Positions 1 through 9,237 of a stretch of DNA of 64,000 nucleotides are shown one piece after another. The translations under genes and the position numbers were made by a program. Within the stretch, counting starts at the first letter, position 1. Each line of letters opens with the position of its first letter. The notes beneath the pieces are model-generated. The model was not told the DNA's origin. It saw only the letters and a list, made by a program, of their open reading frames with translations, and searched no databases. This stretch comes from Candidatus Minusculum obligatum (GTDB taxonomy: Bacteria; Patescibacteriota; Minisyncoccia; Phycocordibacterales; Phycocordibacteraceae). The stretch is taken from NCBI GenBank assembly GCA_002331145.1, contig DCYT01000002.1, positions 23,337 to 87,336 on the forward strand, in the 5' to 3' direction.

Positions 1-1092
1 CTCTCTGAGCACGGGGCTCGAGAATGTCTTGAGATGATTCTAGATCTTGCGGGTGGGGAAGTTGTTGGCATGAGCCGAGCAGGATCTGAGCTCCCAGAGC
101 ATGCAAAGGTAGAGCTTTCAATTGAGCGAGCAAATAACTTACTGGGACTTTCTCTATCTCGAGATGAGGTGCTCGATATTCTAAAGCGTATTGGAGCATC
201 TTACGATGGAGAAGATACTCTTACCGTTGAGATTCCTCATGAAAGGGTAGATTTACGTATTGAAGAAGATCTAATCGAGGAGATTGGAAGATTGTACGGA
301 TATGACAAACTTCCTGAGATGGATCTTCCTGCAGCTGATGCGCCAGAGGCACATAAAACATTTTTGGTATTTGAGATAATTCGGGACCTTCTAACAAAAG
401 AAGGGTTCTCTGAAATATATGGATACTCTCTAAGAGATAAAGGAGAAGAGAAGCTTCTTAATGCTCTTAATACAGAGAAGAGCTACATGCGAGTAAATCT
501 AAGTGATGGGCTCGAGGAAGCTATTATTTTAAATAAAAACAACTTACCCCTTCTTGGAAAAGAGCATGTAGATATATTTGAAATTGGAAATGTATTTGGG
601 AAGGACGAGAAGACGCACTTTGGTATTGCCACAAGCAGAAAAAAGAAAGAAAAGATTTTTGAAGAGATTCTAGGAAAACTTGAAGAAGTTCTTGGTGTGA
701 AAGTGGAGGGGAAAATAAATCAGAATGTTTTTGAAGCAGATCTAACTTCTGTTATTGAAAAGGTTGATGCTAAAGACCTTCCAGAGTATTCAGCGCCTGA
801 TGTTCAGTTTGCTATTCCATCGGCTTATCCATTTGCACTTCGAGATGTTGCGGTATGGACCCCAGAGGGAACAACAGAAGAATCTGTAAGAGCGCTTATA
901 GAAGATGAGGCAGGAGAGCTGTTATATCGAATTGATCTATTTGATGAATTTAGTAAAGACGGGCGAACATCATATGGATACCATCTAGTATTCCAGTCTG
1001 ATACTGAGACGCTCAAGGATGAAGAGGTAAACACCATTATGGATAGAGTGTACGAGATGTTGAAGGGTCAAGAAGGGTTTGAGATTCGGTAG
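1..1092 (+). CDS. pheT: Phenylalanine--tRNA ligase beta subunit (5'-partial)
   Basis: Frame is open from base 1. B5 motif R.DL..EEDLIEEIGR.YGY and C-terminal FDX-ACB domain (YP...RDVAV, LFDEF). Confidence 0.95.
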   Translation, partial: LSEHGARECLEMILDLAGGEVVGMSRAGSELPEHAKVELSIERANNLLGLSLSRDEVLDILKRIGASYDGEDTLTVEIPHERVDLRIEEDLIEEIGRLYGYDKLPEMDLPAADAPEAHKTFLVFEIIRDLLTKEGFSEIYGYSLRDKGEEKLLNALNTEKSYMRVNLSDGLEEAIILNKNNLPLLGKEHVDIFEIGNVFGKDEKTHFGIATSRKKKEKIFEEILGKLEEVLGVKVEGKINQNVFEADLTSVIEKVDAKDLPEYSAPDVQFAIPSAYPFALRDVAVWTPEGTTEESVRALIEDEAGELLYRIDLFDEFSKDGRTSYGYHLVFQSDTETLKDEEVNTIMDRVYEMLKGQEGFEIR

Positions 1093-1149
1093 TTGTTTAA
1101 AGGAGTTACTTCTGATACCTTCGAGATAGGAAACAGAAAGGATTGTGTC

Positions 1150-1443
1150 ATGCACACGATTTGCAACACAACGATTCTCAAAGGAGAGGTCGAAGGGCTT
1201 TGTCTTGCACACAAAGAACATAAACTTCTTCCTCCAGATATTCGCAGGTGGCTGAAAGAAATTGAGGATCGAATTTCTCCTTCAGTTTGGTCTTTGATCC
1301 AGGAGTATGGTCAGGATTCTGAGAATAATATTTTCTCTTTACCTTGGGTTCCAACCTCAACCACGGTAGACAAAAGGCTGCAGGCTCTGTATGCATTTTG
1401 TTTGCGTGTCTGGTACCGTGACCACGCAGAAAGAGTTCATTAA
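1150..1443 (+). CDS. Hypothetical protein (ORFan, 97 aa)
   Basis: ATG at 1150 preceded by AGAAAGGA and a TTGTTT-17-TACCTT promoter-like sequence; followed by a hairpin. Confidence 0.65.
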   Translation: MHTICNTTILKGEVEGLCLAHKEHKLLPPDIRRWLKEIEDRISPSVWSLIQEYGQDSENNIFSLPWVPTSTTVDKRLQALYAFCLRVWYRDHAERVH

Positions 1444-1446
1444 ATT

Positions 1447-1476
1447 ATGCGCGCAGATATTGCTATCTGCGCGCAT
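1447..1476 (+). terminator. Hairpin terminator
   Basis: 13-bp inverted repeat ATGCGCGCAGATA-ttgc-TATCTGCGCGCAT. Confidence 0.7.
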
Positions 1477-1543
1477 TCTTCAGTTAATAACACCTGTTAA
1501 ACCGATAGTATTTATGCTAAAATACAGCTAACTAACAGGATAT

Positions 1544-3571
1544 ATGGCAAAAGGTAAGCAAGAAACAAAAGGCAGCTATGGCGCCAAGGATATTACTGTT
1601 CTCGAGGGGCTAGAGCCAGTACGAAAGCGTCCAGGTATGTACATTGGTACAACTGGTCCTGATGGACTTCATCACCTTATTTGGGAGGTTTTTGATAACT
1701 CTCGGGATGAGGCAATGGCAAATGAGGCGGATGATATTGAAGTTACACTTCTTCCAGATTCTACTATTCGTGTAGTTGATAACGGGCGAGGTATTCCTGT
1801 AGACAAGCATCCAAAGACAAAAGTTTCAGCTCTTGAAACTATTATGACGACACTCCATGCGGGAGGTAAGTTCGGTGGTGAAGGATACAAAGTGTCAGGA
1901 GGGCTTCATGGAGTGGGAGTGTCTGTAGTTAACGCGCTTTCAACAATGACGCGTGCTGAGGTGCACAAAGATGGAGATGTGCACATGCAGGAGTACAACA
2001 TTGGAAAAGCAAAGGCTGCAGTAAAGAAAGTTGGGAAGAGCAAAAATCGAGGAACGGTAATTACATTCCGAGCAGACGATACTATTTTTGAAACAGTTGA
2101 ATATTCTTGGGACAAGATCGTATCGCACCTTCGGCAGCAAGCATACCTTGTAAAAGGAACACGTATTTCAGTATTAGATGCACGAGAGACTAAAGATCTT
2201 GATCTTAAGAATGTTTTCTACCTTCGAGATCTTGGTCTTGAGATGCCATCACAGTCTTTTTACTTTGAGGAGGGACTGAGGTCTCTTATTGGTTTCCGAA
2301 ACCAATATCAGACTCCAGTACACAAAAATATTTTCTATATTGATCGATCTGTTGAGGATGTGCAGGTTGAAGTTGCACTTCAGTATGTAGATGACATCTC
2401 ATCACGACTTACTGCCTTTGCGAACAATACCTACAACCCAGAAGGAGGTACGCACGTAACAGGATTCAAGACTGCACTTACGCGAACACTAAACGCGTAC
2501 GCAAAGAAGAATAACCTCATGAAGGATGAGACCTTCACAGGAGACGATGTGCTTGAGGGTATTACTGCTGTTATCTCAGTAAAGCTTCCAGAGATTCAGT
2601 TTGAGGGACAGACAAAGGCAAAGCTTGGATCAGTTGAAGCTCGTGGTGCGGTAGAGACAGTGTTTGGAGAAGGGTTCTCAGATTTCCTAGAGGAGCACCC
2701 AGATGATGCAAAGCACATCATCTCTAAAATCACACTTGCCCTTAAGGCGCGAAAGGCTGCAAAAGCTGCTAAAGAGTCAGTGCTTCGAAAAGGAGCTCTC
2801 GAAGGAATGACACTTCCTGGAAAGCTTGCTGACTGTTCAAGCAAGAGCGCAGAGGATTCAGAGATCTTTATTGTAGAGGGAGACTCAGCGGGAGGATCTT
2901 CTAAGCAGGCGCGAGACAGGAAGACGCAAGCCATCCTTCCTCTTCGAGGAAAGATTCTAAATGTAGAGCGAGCGCGTATTGATCGAATGCTTGCCTCAGC
3001 TGAGATTAAAGCTCTTGTTATTGCTATGGGTACAGCAATTGGAGATGTATTTGATATTGAAAAACTTAGGTACCACAAGATTATTATCGCAACCGATGCC
3101 GATGTAGATGGAGCGCACATTCGTACGCTACTTCTTACTCTTTTCTATCGATACTTTAAGCCGGTAATTGAAGGAGGGTATTTGTATATTGCACAACCAC
3201 CACTCTATAAGATTCAGCAGGGGAAGAAGGTAAATTATGTATATACAGAAGAGGAGAAGGTAGAGCTTCTTGGAGAGGATGCTGATGTTGTAGAAGAGGA
3301 AGGAGGAGAGGAAGCTGAGGAGCAGGAAGCGGAAGAGACAGCAAAGAAATCACCAAAGGCTCGTATCCAGCGATACAAGGGACTTGGAGAGATGAACCCA
3401 GACGAGCTGTGGGAGACAACTATGGATCCTGAGAACAGGGTGTTGAAGCAAGTGACAATTGAAGATGCTGTTCAGGCGGACAAGATCTTCGACATTCTTA
3501 TGGGAACGGATGTTCCATCTCGAAAGAACTTTATTCAAACGAATGCAAAGCTTGCGAACGTAGACGTATAA
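1544..3571 (+). CDS. gyrB: DNA gyrase subunit B
   Basis: VRKRPGMYIG, LHAGGKF, SGGLHGVG, EGDSAGG, PLRGK, DADVDG and QRYKGLGEM motifs. Confidence 0.98.
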   Translation: MAKGKQETKGSYGAKDITVLEGLEPVRKRPGMYIGTTGPDGLHHLIWEVFDNSRDEAMANEADDIEVTLLPDSTIRVVDNGRGIPVDKHPKTKVSALETIMTTLHAGGKFGGEGYKVSGGLHGVGVSVVNALSTMTRAEVHKDGDVHMQEYNIGKAKAAVKKVGKSKNRGTVITFRADDTIFETVEYSWDKIVSHLRQQAYLVKGTRISVLDARETKDLDLKNVFYLRDLGLEMPSQSFYFEEGLRSLIGFRNQYQTPVHKNIFYIDRSVEDVQVEVALQYVDDISSRLTAFANNTYNPEGGTHVTGFKTALTRTLNAYAKKNNLMKDETFTGDDVLEGITAVISVKLPEIQFEGQTKAKLGSVEARGAVETVFGEGFSDFLEEHPDDAKHIISKITLALKARKAAKAAKESVLRKGALEGMTLPGKLADCSSKSAEDSEIFIVEGDSAGGSSKQARDRKTQAILPLRGKILNVERARIDRMLASAEIKALVIAMGTAIGDVFDIEKLRYHKIIIATDADVDGAHIRTLLLTLFYRYFKPVIEGGYLYIAQPPLYKIQQGKKVNYVYTEEEKVELLGEDADVVEEEGGEEAEEQEAEETAKKSPKARIQRYKGLGEMNPDELWETTMDPENRVLKQVTIEDAVQADKIFDILMGTDVPSRKNFIQTNAKLANVDV

Positions 3572-3604
3572 CAAAAGCGCCCCAGACGGGGCGCTTTTGT
3601 TATA
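3567..3604. terminator. Bidirectional intrinsic terminator
   Basis: TATAACAAAAGCGCCCC-agac-GGGGCGCTTTTGTTATA between convergent genes. Confidence 0.9.
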
Positions 3605-3619
3605 AGAGAATAGTAAGCG

Positions 3620-4366
3620 TTAGTTTGCTACGGTGATTTTTACAAATGCACCATTATTATCCTCAGCAGATTCAACAACTCCACTCTTGTGGTCAATTGC
3701 AACTGCAATCTGTAGATCAGTTCCAACCTTTGATCGGTCAAATCCGATTACGTACTCAATCTTTTCTCCAGGGAGAAGGTTCTGTACGTGCTCAGCTTTT
3801 CCTTCAAAGATGTAGGTTGTCTCAGTTGGCATTACAACATTGAATCGCCAATTAGTTCCTGTCTCTTTTGTTCCTTTATTCTCAACTGCAAACTTCACGG
3901 CAATTCGATCAGTTTTTGAAAGAGTTGATGTGGCAACAAAGTTATCTGCTGCATATCCACCAACAAGCTTTCCTGTTGCAAGAATAGTTGGCACAAGATC
4001 AGGAAGTCCGTTTGGATCTGATACTGGTGCTCCAGGATTCTGTTCAGTTACTTCTGTTGTTTCTCCTCCAGGTGTTGGAGTTACAGCAGGAGTCTCTACA
4101 ACAGGCTCCTCAACTTCCGGCTCAAGAACGATAGGGAAGTTGGTTGTTGGAGTTGTAGTGCTTGTCTCAACGACAATTACGTCTCCATCAGCTGGTACGA
4201 AGATGCTTGTTATACCTACGACAGCAGCTGAGAGTCCATTAACCGCACCGTTTACAACGGTAGGGATGAATCGAGCTGAATTTCCAGCAAGTACAACAGC
4301 AAGAGCAAGAAGGGTAATGAACCCAACTACTGCAAGACCATTGATTGCTGCGTTTTTTGTTTCCAT
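3620..4366 (-). CDS. Membrane-anchored protein with Pro/Thr linker and CARDB-like Ig domain
   Basis: N-terminal TM helix, PT/PE-rich linker, and PDL...F.V.N.G...V.ES.EDNN motifs typical of CARDB. Confidence 0.7.
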   Translation of the reverse strand: METKNAAINGLAVVGFITLLALAVVLAGNSARFIPTVVNGAVNGLSAAVVGITSIFVPADGDVIVVETSTTTPTTNFPIVLEPEVEEPVVETPAVTPTPGGETTEVTEQNPGAPVSDPNGLPDLVPTILATGKLVGGYAADNFVATSTLSKTDRIAVKFAVENKGTKETGTNWRFNVVMPTETTYIFEGKAEHVQNLLPGEKIEYVIGFDRSKVGTDLQIAVAIDHKSGVVESAEDNNGAFVKITVAN

Positions 4367-4479
4367 ATTGTTTACTAACGCTTACTAATAAGTGGCAGAT
4401 TTTTACCATAGACAGAGTCTAATGTCAAGCACAAGAGGAAGCGGTTCTCTTGACAAAAGAGTTCTTTTAGTGTACTAAT

Positions 4480-5172
4480 ATGCCAGTCAATATGACTGAG
4501 CGCAAGACAGTATTTGTACAGACAGTGCGAGTTATTCGCACAATCCTACGGAATAAGTGGAAATTCCTGGCAATTTTTGTAATTGCCTTTCTTACTTTTG
4601 TATGGATTCTTGGGCGTCTAGATTTGCTCCCAGAGCCAGACACTTCAAAGAGTCTAAGTACTATTACAATTTCAAAGGAAAAGAATTCTTTTCCTGCGGC
4701 AGCTGCAGTTGCACTAGCAAAAACAGCTGAAAAGCCAACTCGCGTTGTTATTGACTCAGTTGGTGTTGATGTTGAGGTAAATAATCCGTTTAAGACAGAT
4801 ATTGCCTCACTTGATAACTCACTACTCTCAGGAGCTGTGCGATATCCAACATCAGGAAAGCTTGGAGAGAATGGAAATGTTGTGATCTTTGGTCACAGTT
4901 CGTACCTTCCAGTTGTAAAGAATGAATACTTTAAGGCATTCAACGGACTTCAGAATCTAAAGCGTGGAGAGATTATTGAGGTGCATGGAGAAGGTCTTGT
5001 ATATGAGTATGAGGTAAGTCGTGTGTATGAGGCAGATGCCACAGATACACGGATTCCACTTACAAAAGATTCAAAGAAACTGACTCTTTCTACATGTAAT
5101 TCATTTGGTGATCTAAATGATCGACATGTGGTAGAGGCATATTTCGTGGGAAGCAAAAAGATTTCTTCGTAG
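4480..5172 (+). CDS. Sortase
   Basis: N-terminal TM; catalytic His (FGHSS), TLSTC motif and downstream Arg (DRHVV). Confidence 0.92.
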   Translation: MPVNMTERKTVFVQTVRVIRTILRNKWKFLAIFVIAFLTFVWILGRLDLLPEPDTSKSLSTITISKEKNSFPAAAAVALAKTAEKPTRVVIDSVGVDVEVNNPFKTDIASLDNSLLSGAVRYPTSGKLGENGNVVIFGHSSYLPVVKNEYFKAFNGLQNLKRGEIIEVHGEGLVYEYEVSRVYEADATDTRIPLTKDSKKLTLSTCNSFGDLNDRHVVEAYFVGSKKISS

Positions 5173-5246
5173 AAATTTCTTTGCTCTCTATGAGAGCGTG
5201 AACATTACAACCGTCGCTACGGCGACGCAACAGAGAGGAAAAGCCG

Positions 5247-6230
5247 ATGGTTATTCGAATCATCATTCTGGCTGCGTCGCTCATCTTCGGATCGGCGGCT
5301 CACGCTCAGACACCATGGACAAATTGGGGCTCAGCTCCATATGCGTCCAGTCAGGAAGAAGCTTTCGAGCTCCTGCCTGAAGCGCTTGTTGCGCTTGGGG
5401 TTCCGCAGGAACTTCACAGCGAATTCATTGATATGGTTTCCGAGAATCCGGATGGGGAAGAAATCTTCCTTGATCCGAATGATCGGCTCATCGCGATGAT
5501 GAGTGGGGGTGCAAACCCTCATGCCATGCATGACGTGCCTGTTGCAGCCATTCCGGTCAATGAGACTGGTACGGTTGTGCAGGCAGCGCGTGCGCGCAAA
5601 TGGGAGATTGAGTATGAAGGCGTCACGTACGTCCTCATCCTCCCGGAAATCTGTTTCAACTGGTCGTACAATACCTTCGAGGTTGAAGTACGAGAAGTTG
5701 AGGTGCCACCTCCTCCCGAGGAATGTGCCATTATCGTATTTCCGGCTCAAGAAGGCTGGGTTGTTCGAAACTTCTTCCTTGCGGAAGAGAGTCGACTGCC
5801 TGCTAGCAATTGCTGGGCACTGCTTGATGGCGTTGATCATGAAGATGGTGCACGTATAAGCTCCTTGCCTGGTCGTTGTGATAACTGCGATCTTGAGCCC
5901 TACTTGCGTTGGGCACGTCGTGAGCACGGTCTTCGTGGAAGTCCTGTGAACAGCGCTAAGTATGGCGCCGAACGTGGCAATGTGCATGCGGTAATCATTC
6001 CGATCTCGCAGATTGAAAACTACAATACGATCTGCGTGGGTCCAGATGAACAGCGCCAGCGCTATTCGCCGGTGACAGTCGAACCCAGTGATTGGGATTC
6101 GGCTCTCCGGGAAAACCCGTTCGCGATTGATTTGCCTCAAGGGCAAACAATTCTGATTACCCATCAAGTGAACATCGAGGGGCGGCACTTTGAGTCGCTT
6201 CCGCGACGTCGCACCTGGCTGTGGTGGTAG
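5247..6230 (+). CDS. Secreted hypothetical protein, Cys-containing, GC-richer than flanks
   Basis: Signal peptide ending AAHA-Q, GAGAGG SD, own downstream hairpin. Confidence 0.8.
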   Translation: MVIRIIILAASLIFGSAAHAQTPWTNWGSAPYASSQEEAFELLPEALVALGVPQELHSEFIDMVSENPDGEEIFLDPNDRLIAMMSGGANPHAMHDVPVAAIPVNETGTVVQAARARKWEIEYEGVTYVLILPEICFNWSYNTFEVEVREVEVPPPPEECAIIVFPAQEGWVVRNFFLAEESRLPASNCWALLDGVDHEDGARISSLPGRCDNCDLEPYLRWARREHGLRGSPVNSAKYGAERGNVHAVIIPISQIENYNTICVGPDEQRQRYSPVTVEPSDWDSALRENPFAIDLPQGQTILITHQVNIEGRHFESLPRRRTWLWW

Positions 6231-6233
6231 GCA

Positions 6234-6260
6234 GTAGGAGAGTGCACTGCACTCTCCTAC
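6234..6260 (+). terminator. Hairpin terminator
   Basis: GTAGGAGAGTGCA-c-TGCACTCTCCTAC. Confidence 0.7.
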
Positions 6261-6281
6261 ACACCTCTCTTTTTTATACTT

Positions 6282-9143
6282 ATGATTTCAAAACCAAAAA
6301 ATATCCTTGCATATGCAAAAGCACATCCGATTAAGTCGGCTGTTCTTGGTGCATTTACATTTTTTACAATTCTAGGTGCAGGCTTTGGAACATTTTATGC
6401 AATTGCACCTGAGAGTGCAGAGGCACTTATTACAGGTGGGCCTGGATGTTGCGGAGGAACTTATGATCCAATTATCGTTGATCCTTGGATTCCTGGCGGA
6501 GGAGGTGGCTTCGGCGGAGGAGGTGGCGGAGGAGGTGGATCTGCTCCTGCTCCAACATGTACGCTTTCTGCTAATCCAAACTCAATTCTTGCAGGAGGAA
6601 GCTCAACGCTCACTTGGACAACAAGTTATGCAAATGAGGTAACTATCGATAATGGTGTCGGAGGAGTTGCCATTGGTTCTGGGACAACAAGTGTAAGTCC
6701 ACCAAACACAACAACCTATAGGCTTTCTGCTACAAACACTATAACGGGACGAACTACTGTGTGTACTGCAGCAGTAACTGTTACTCCAGCTCCAGTAGCG
6801 CCAAGCTGTACGCTTGATATTGCGCCTGCAGTTGTTGAGCTTGGAAATTCAGCTTCAGCATCTTGGACAACAACAAACGGAAGCACTTTTAGTATTAGTG
6901 GAGGAATTGGGCCTGTAACACCAGTTGCAGCAGGAAGCACAACAATTACACCAACAGCTCTCGGTACGTATACATATATTGGAGTAGTAACGAGCGCCAC
7001 AGGAGAAACTGCGACGTGTACTGACTCACTTGAGGTCATTCCACCAATTGTGGTGAATGCGCCAAGTTGTGAACTCAATGTCATTCCAGAGACAATTACT
7101 ATTGGAGATACAGTATCTATTGAGTGGGACACTCGATTTGCTAACACATTTAGTATTGATAATGGAATTGGAGCAATTTCAATTCTTACAACACCAGTTG
7201 CGGGAGGAGTTGTAAAAACAGTGCCAACAACAGAAGGGACAATTACCTACACGGGAACAGTAACAGCGCTCGATGGAACTACTGTGACATGTTCTGATAC
7301 GGTAAACGTACTTCCTGTTGGAGTGGATGCTCCTGCATGTACCCTTACTACCGATGGACTTGGTGCTGGGGAAACTGAAACAACAATCTACTGGACACTC
7401 ATCAATGTAGTTTCAGCAACTCTAAATGGAAAGAGTATTGCTCCTGTTGATGGTTCACAAACTGTAGGGGCAGGAACCTACACTCTTACTGGATCAAATA
7501 CAGATGGAGTTGAGGTTACGTGTGGACTTGTAATCGAACCGCCGCTTGATGGACCTGCTTGTACGCTAACAGCAGACAAACTTTCTCTTGCTCCAGGTGA
7601 GACAACTACAATCAACTGGACAATTAACAACGCAACAGAAGCAACGCTACAGCACCTTGATGCAGTTTCTATCATTGATCCAACAGATGGATCACAGTCT
7701 GCGGTTGCAGGAACGTACACACTTTCTGTAGGGAATGGAGTACAGAGTGACACGTGTGAGGTAACAATTGCAACAGTAACTCCAGGAGTACTTAGTTGTA
7801 CGCTCGATATTGACGAGGGTGTTATTCGATCTGGACAGTCAGCGAATATGACGTGGAGTACCAATGAGGCTGTCTCATTTACTATCAATGGAGATGATAA
7901 GGATCTTTCAGGAACTGAAGTTATTCGTCCACTGGGAGTACAGATCTATACATACACAGGAATTGCGACAGACGCAGATGGAAACACTGTTGAGTGTGCA
8001 GATACTATTCAGGTAACAGGAGGATCAGGTGGAGGAGGTCTCTCATGTGCAATGAGCTTCACCGAGTCTAATATTAAGAGTGGAGGGAAATCAACACTTC
8101 GATGGGAGGTTAACAATGCTGATCCAAGCACCATTGAAATTAATCAGGGAATTGGAAGTGTAGATCCAATTGATAGTGCTGATGTTACCAAGAATGCTGT
8201 TGGAACACATGAGTATATTCTTACCGCTCGTGGAGATGGAGATCAGGTAACATGTCGAGCAACCCTAACTGTTTCAGGAGGATCAGGTGGATGTACAAGT
8301 GGTTGTGGAGGTGGAAGCCGCCTGCCACAGGTGACTATCGATTTCCTTAAGGGGCCAAATGAGCAGCCTCTTGCCTTTGTTACTCTTTCACAAATTCCAT
8401 ATACAGGAATTGAGCTTGGGCAATTTGGCACAGTTATTTACTGGCTATTCCTAACAATCTGGAGCGGTGCAGTTGCATACCTTGTATTGTTCAAGATTGT
8501 GCCATTTACAGGCCGAAAACTGGCTGCAGTTAAGAATGGTGTGTCTGAGGCGATAAATGCCACAGAAGAGGGTACAATGGATATAACTATGCATGAGGAA
8601 ATGGAAGATATTCAAATGGATGGATTCTCTCCAAAGCAAGGAGATGAAGCTCTTTCTGTTGAAGATATTGTTCGTGGTCTCTCACGAATGCATCAAGAGT
8701 CTCGACCTGTCGCATCTGAGATTGAGGTGGAGGAGGAAGAGCCTGAGGTGTATGAGGCCGATGTAGCGCGCGAGATGGAAACAGCTCCAGTACAAACAGC
8801 AACACCACACTCTACTGGAGAAGAGCTTCAGCTACTCAATGCTCTTATGAGTGGAGATCGAGACACAAGCTTTAGTTTGCTGCGACGTGCAACTCGAAAT
8901 GGAGGTCGTCCAGATCTATTGATTGAGAAAGTGCTTGTGCACCTTGATGCTGCATATCGAGCACGAATTGATGGAATTCCTTGTTCTGAGGATGTGCGAC
9001 GAGCAACTGCAGCTCTAGATACTGCGCTTCTTGAGGAGGTGATTAGTTCTCTTGCATCTGCAATTGATACAACATATTCACAGTCTCAAACTGGAGCAAA
9101 GCTAGCGCTCGCTAGGGCGCACGCGGTGATTGAGCGCGGATAA
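6282..9143 (+). CDS. Large surface protein: 7 Cys-paired Ig/PKD-like repeats, IPYTG-TM sorting-like signal, cytoplasmic C-terminal domain
   Basis: N-terminal hydrophobic segment, Gly linkers, repeats of the form xPxCxL...W...Y...xxC, IPYTG at 8394-8408 followed by a TM helix and RKL. Confidence 0.85.
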   Translation: MISKPKNILAYAKAHPIKSAVLGAFTFFTILGAGFGTFYAIAPESAEALITGGPGCCGGTYDPIIVDPWIPGGGGGFGGGGGGGGGSAPAPTCTLSANPNSILAGGSSTLTWTTSYANEVTIDNGVGGVAIGSGTTSVSPPNTTTYRLSATNTITGRTTVCTAAVTVTPAPVAPSCTLDIAPAVVELGNSASASWTTTNGSTFSISGGIGPVTPVAAGSTTITPTALGTYTYIGVVTSATGETATCTDSLEVIPPIVVNAPSCELNVIPETITIGDTVSIEWDTRFANTFSIDNGIGAISILTTPVAGGVVKTVPTTEGTITYTGTVTALDGTTVTCSDTVNVLPVGVDAPACTLTTDGLGAGETETTIYWTLINVVSATLNGKSIAPVDGSQTVGAGTYTLTGSNTDGVEVTCGLVIEPPLDGPACTLTADKLSLAPGETTTINWTINNATEATLQHLDAVSIIDPTDGSQSAVAGTYTLSVGNGVQSDTCEVTIATVTPGVLSCTLDIDEGVIRSGQSANMTWSTNEAVSFTINGDDKDLSGTEVIRPLGVQIYTYTGIATDADGNTVECADTIQVTGGSGGGGLSCAMSFTESNIKSGGKSTLRWEVNNADPSTIEINQGIGSVDPIDSADVTKNAVGTHEYILTARGDGDQVTCRATLTVSGGSGGCTSGCGGGSRLPQVTIDFLKGPNEQPLAFVTLSQIPYTGIELGQFGTVIYWLFLTIWSGAVAYLVLFKIVPFTGRKLAAVKNGVSEAINATEEGTMDITMHEEMEDIQMDGFSPKQGDEALSVEDIVRGLSRMHQESRPVASEIEVEEEEPEVYEADVAREMETAPVQTATPHSTGEELQLLNALMSGDRDTSFSLLRRATRNGGRPDLLIEKVLVHLDAAYRARIDGIPCSEDVRRATAALDTALLEEVISSLASAIDTTYSQSQTGAKLALARAHAVIERG

Positions 9144-9166
9144 TACTCGATCATTTTTTACCGATG

Positions 9167-9202
9167 TATAAAAACAGCACTCGTATGAGTGCTGTTTTTA
9201 TA
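9167..9202. terminator. Bidirectional intrinsic terminator
   Basis: TATAAAAACAGCACTC-gtat-GAGTGCTGTTTTTATA. Confidence 0.9.
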
Positions 9203-9237
9203 ACTACGTAGTTAATTACGTAATTAACTACGTAGTT
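9202..9237. repeat. Perfect 36-bp palindrome of three 12-bp palindromic units
   Basis: AACTACGTAGTT-AATTACGTAATT-AACTACGTAGTT; overlaps the thrS stop codon. Confidence 0.9.

Noticed and set aside
3840-4388. 182-aa plus-strand ORF
   Set aside because: Shadow of the CARDB-like gene; no motifs of its own.
5331-6188. 285-aa minus-strand ORF
   Set aside because: Antisense shadow of the 5247-6230 gene, which has the signal peptide, SD and terminator.
6495-6540. GGC/GGA/GGT tandem repeats
   Set aside because: They encode a poly-Gly linker with mixed codons; not a separate repeat element.
9202-9237. Possible CRISPR repeat
   Set aside because: The units are only 12 bp, directly adjacent without spacers, and there are no cas genes.
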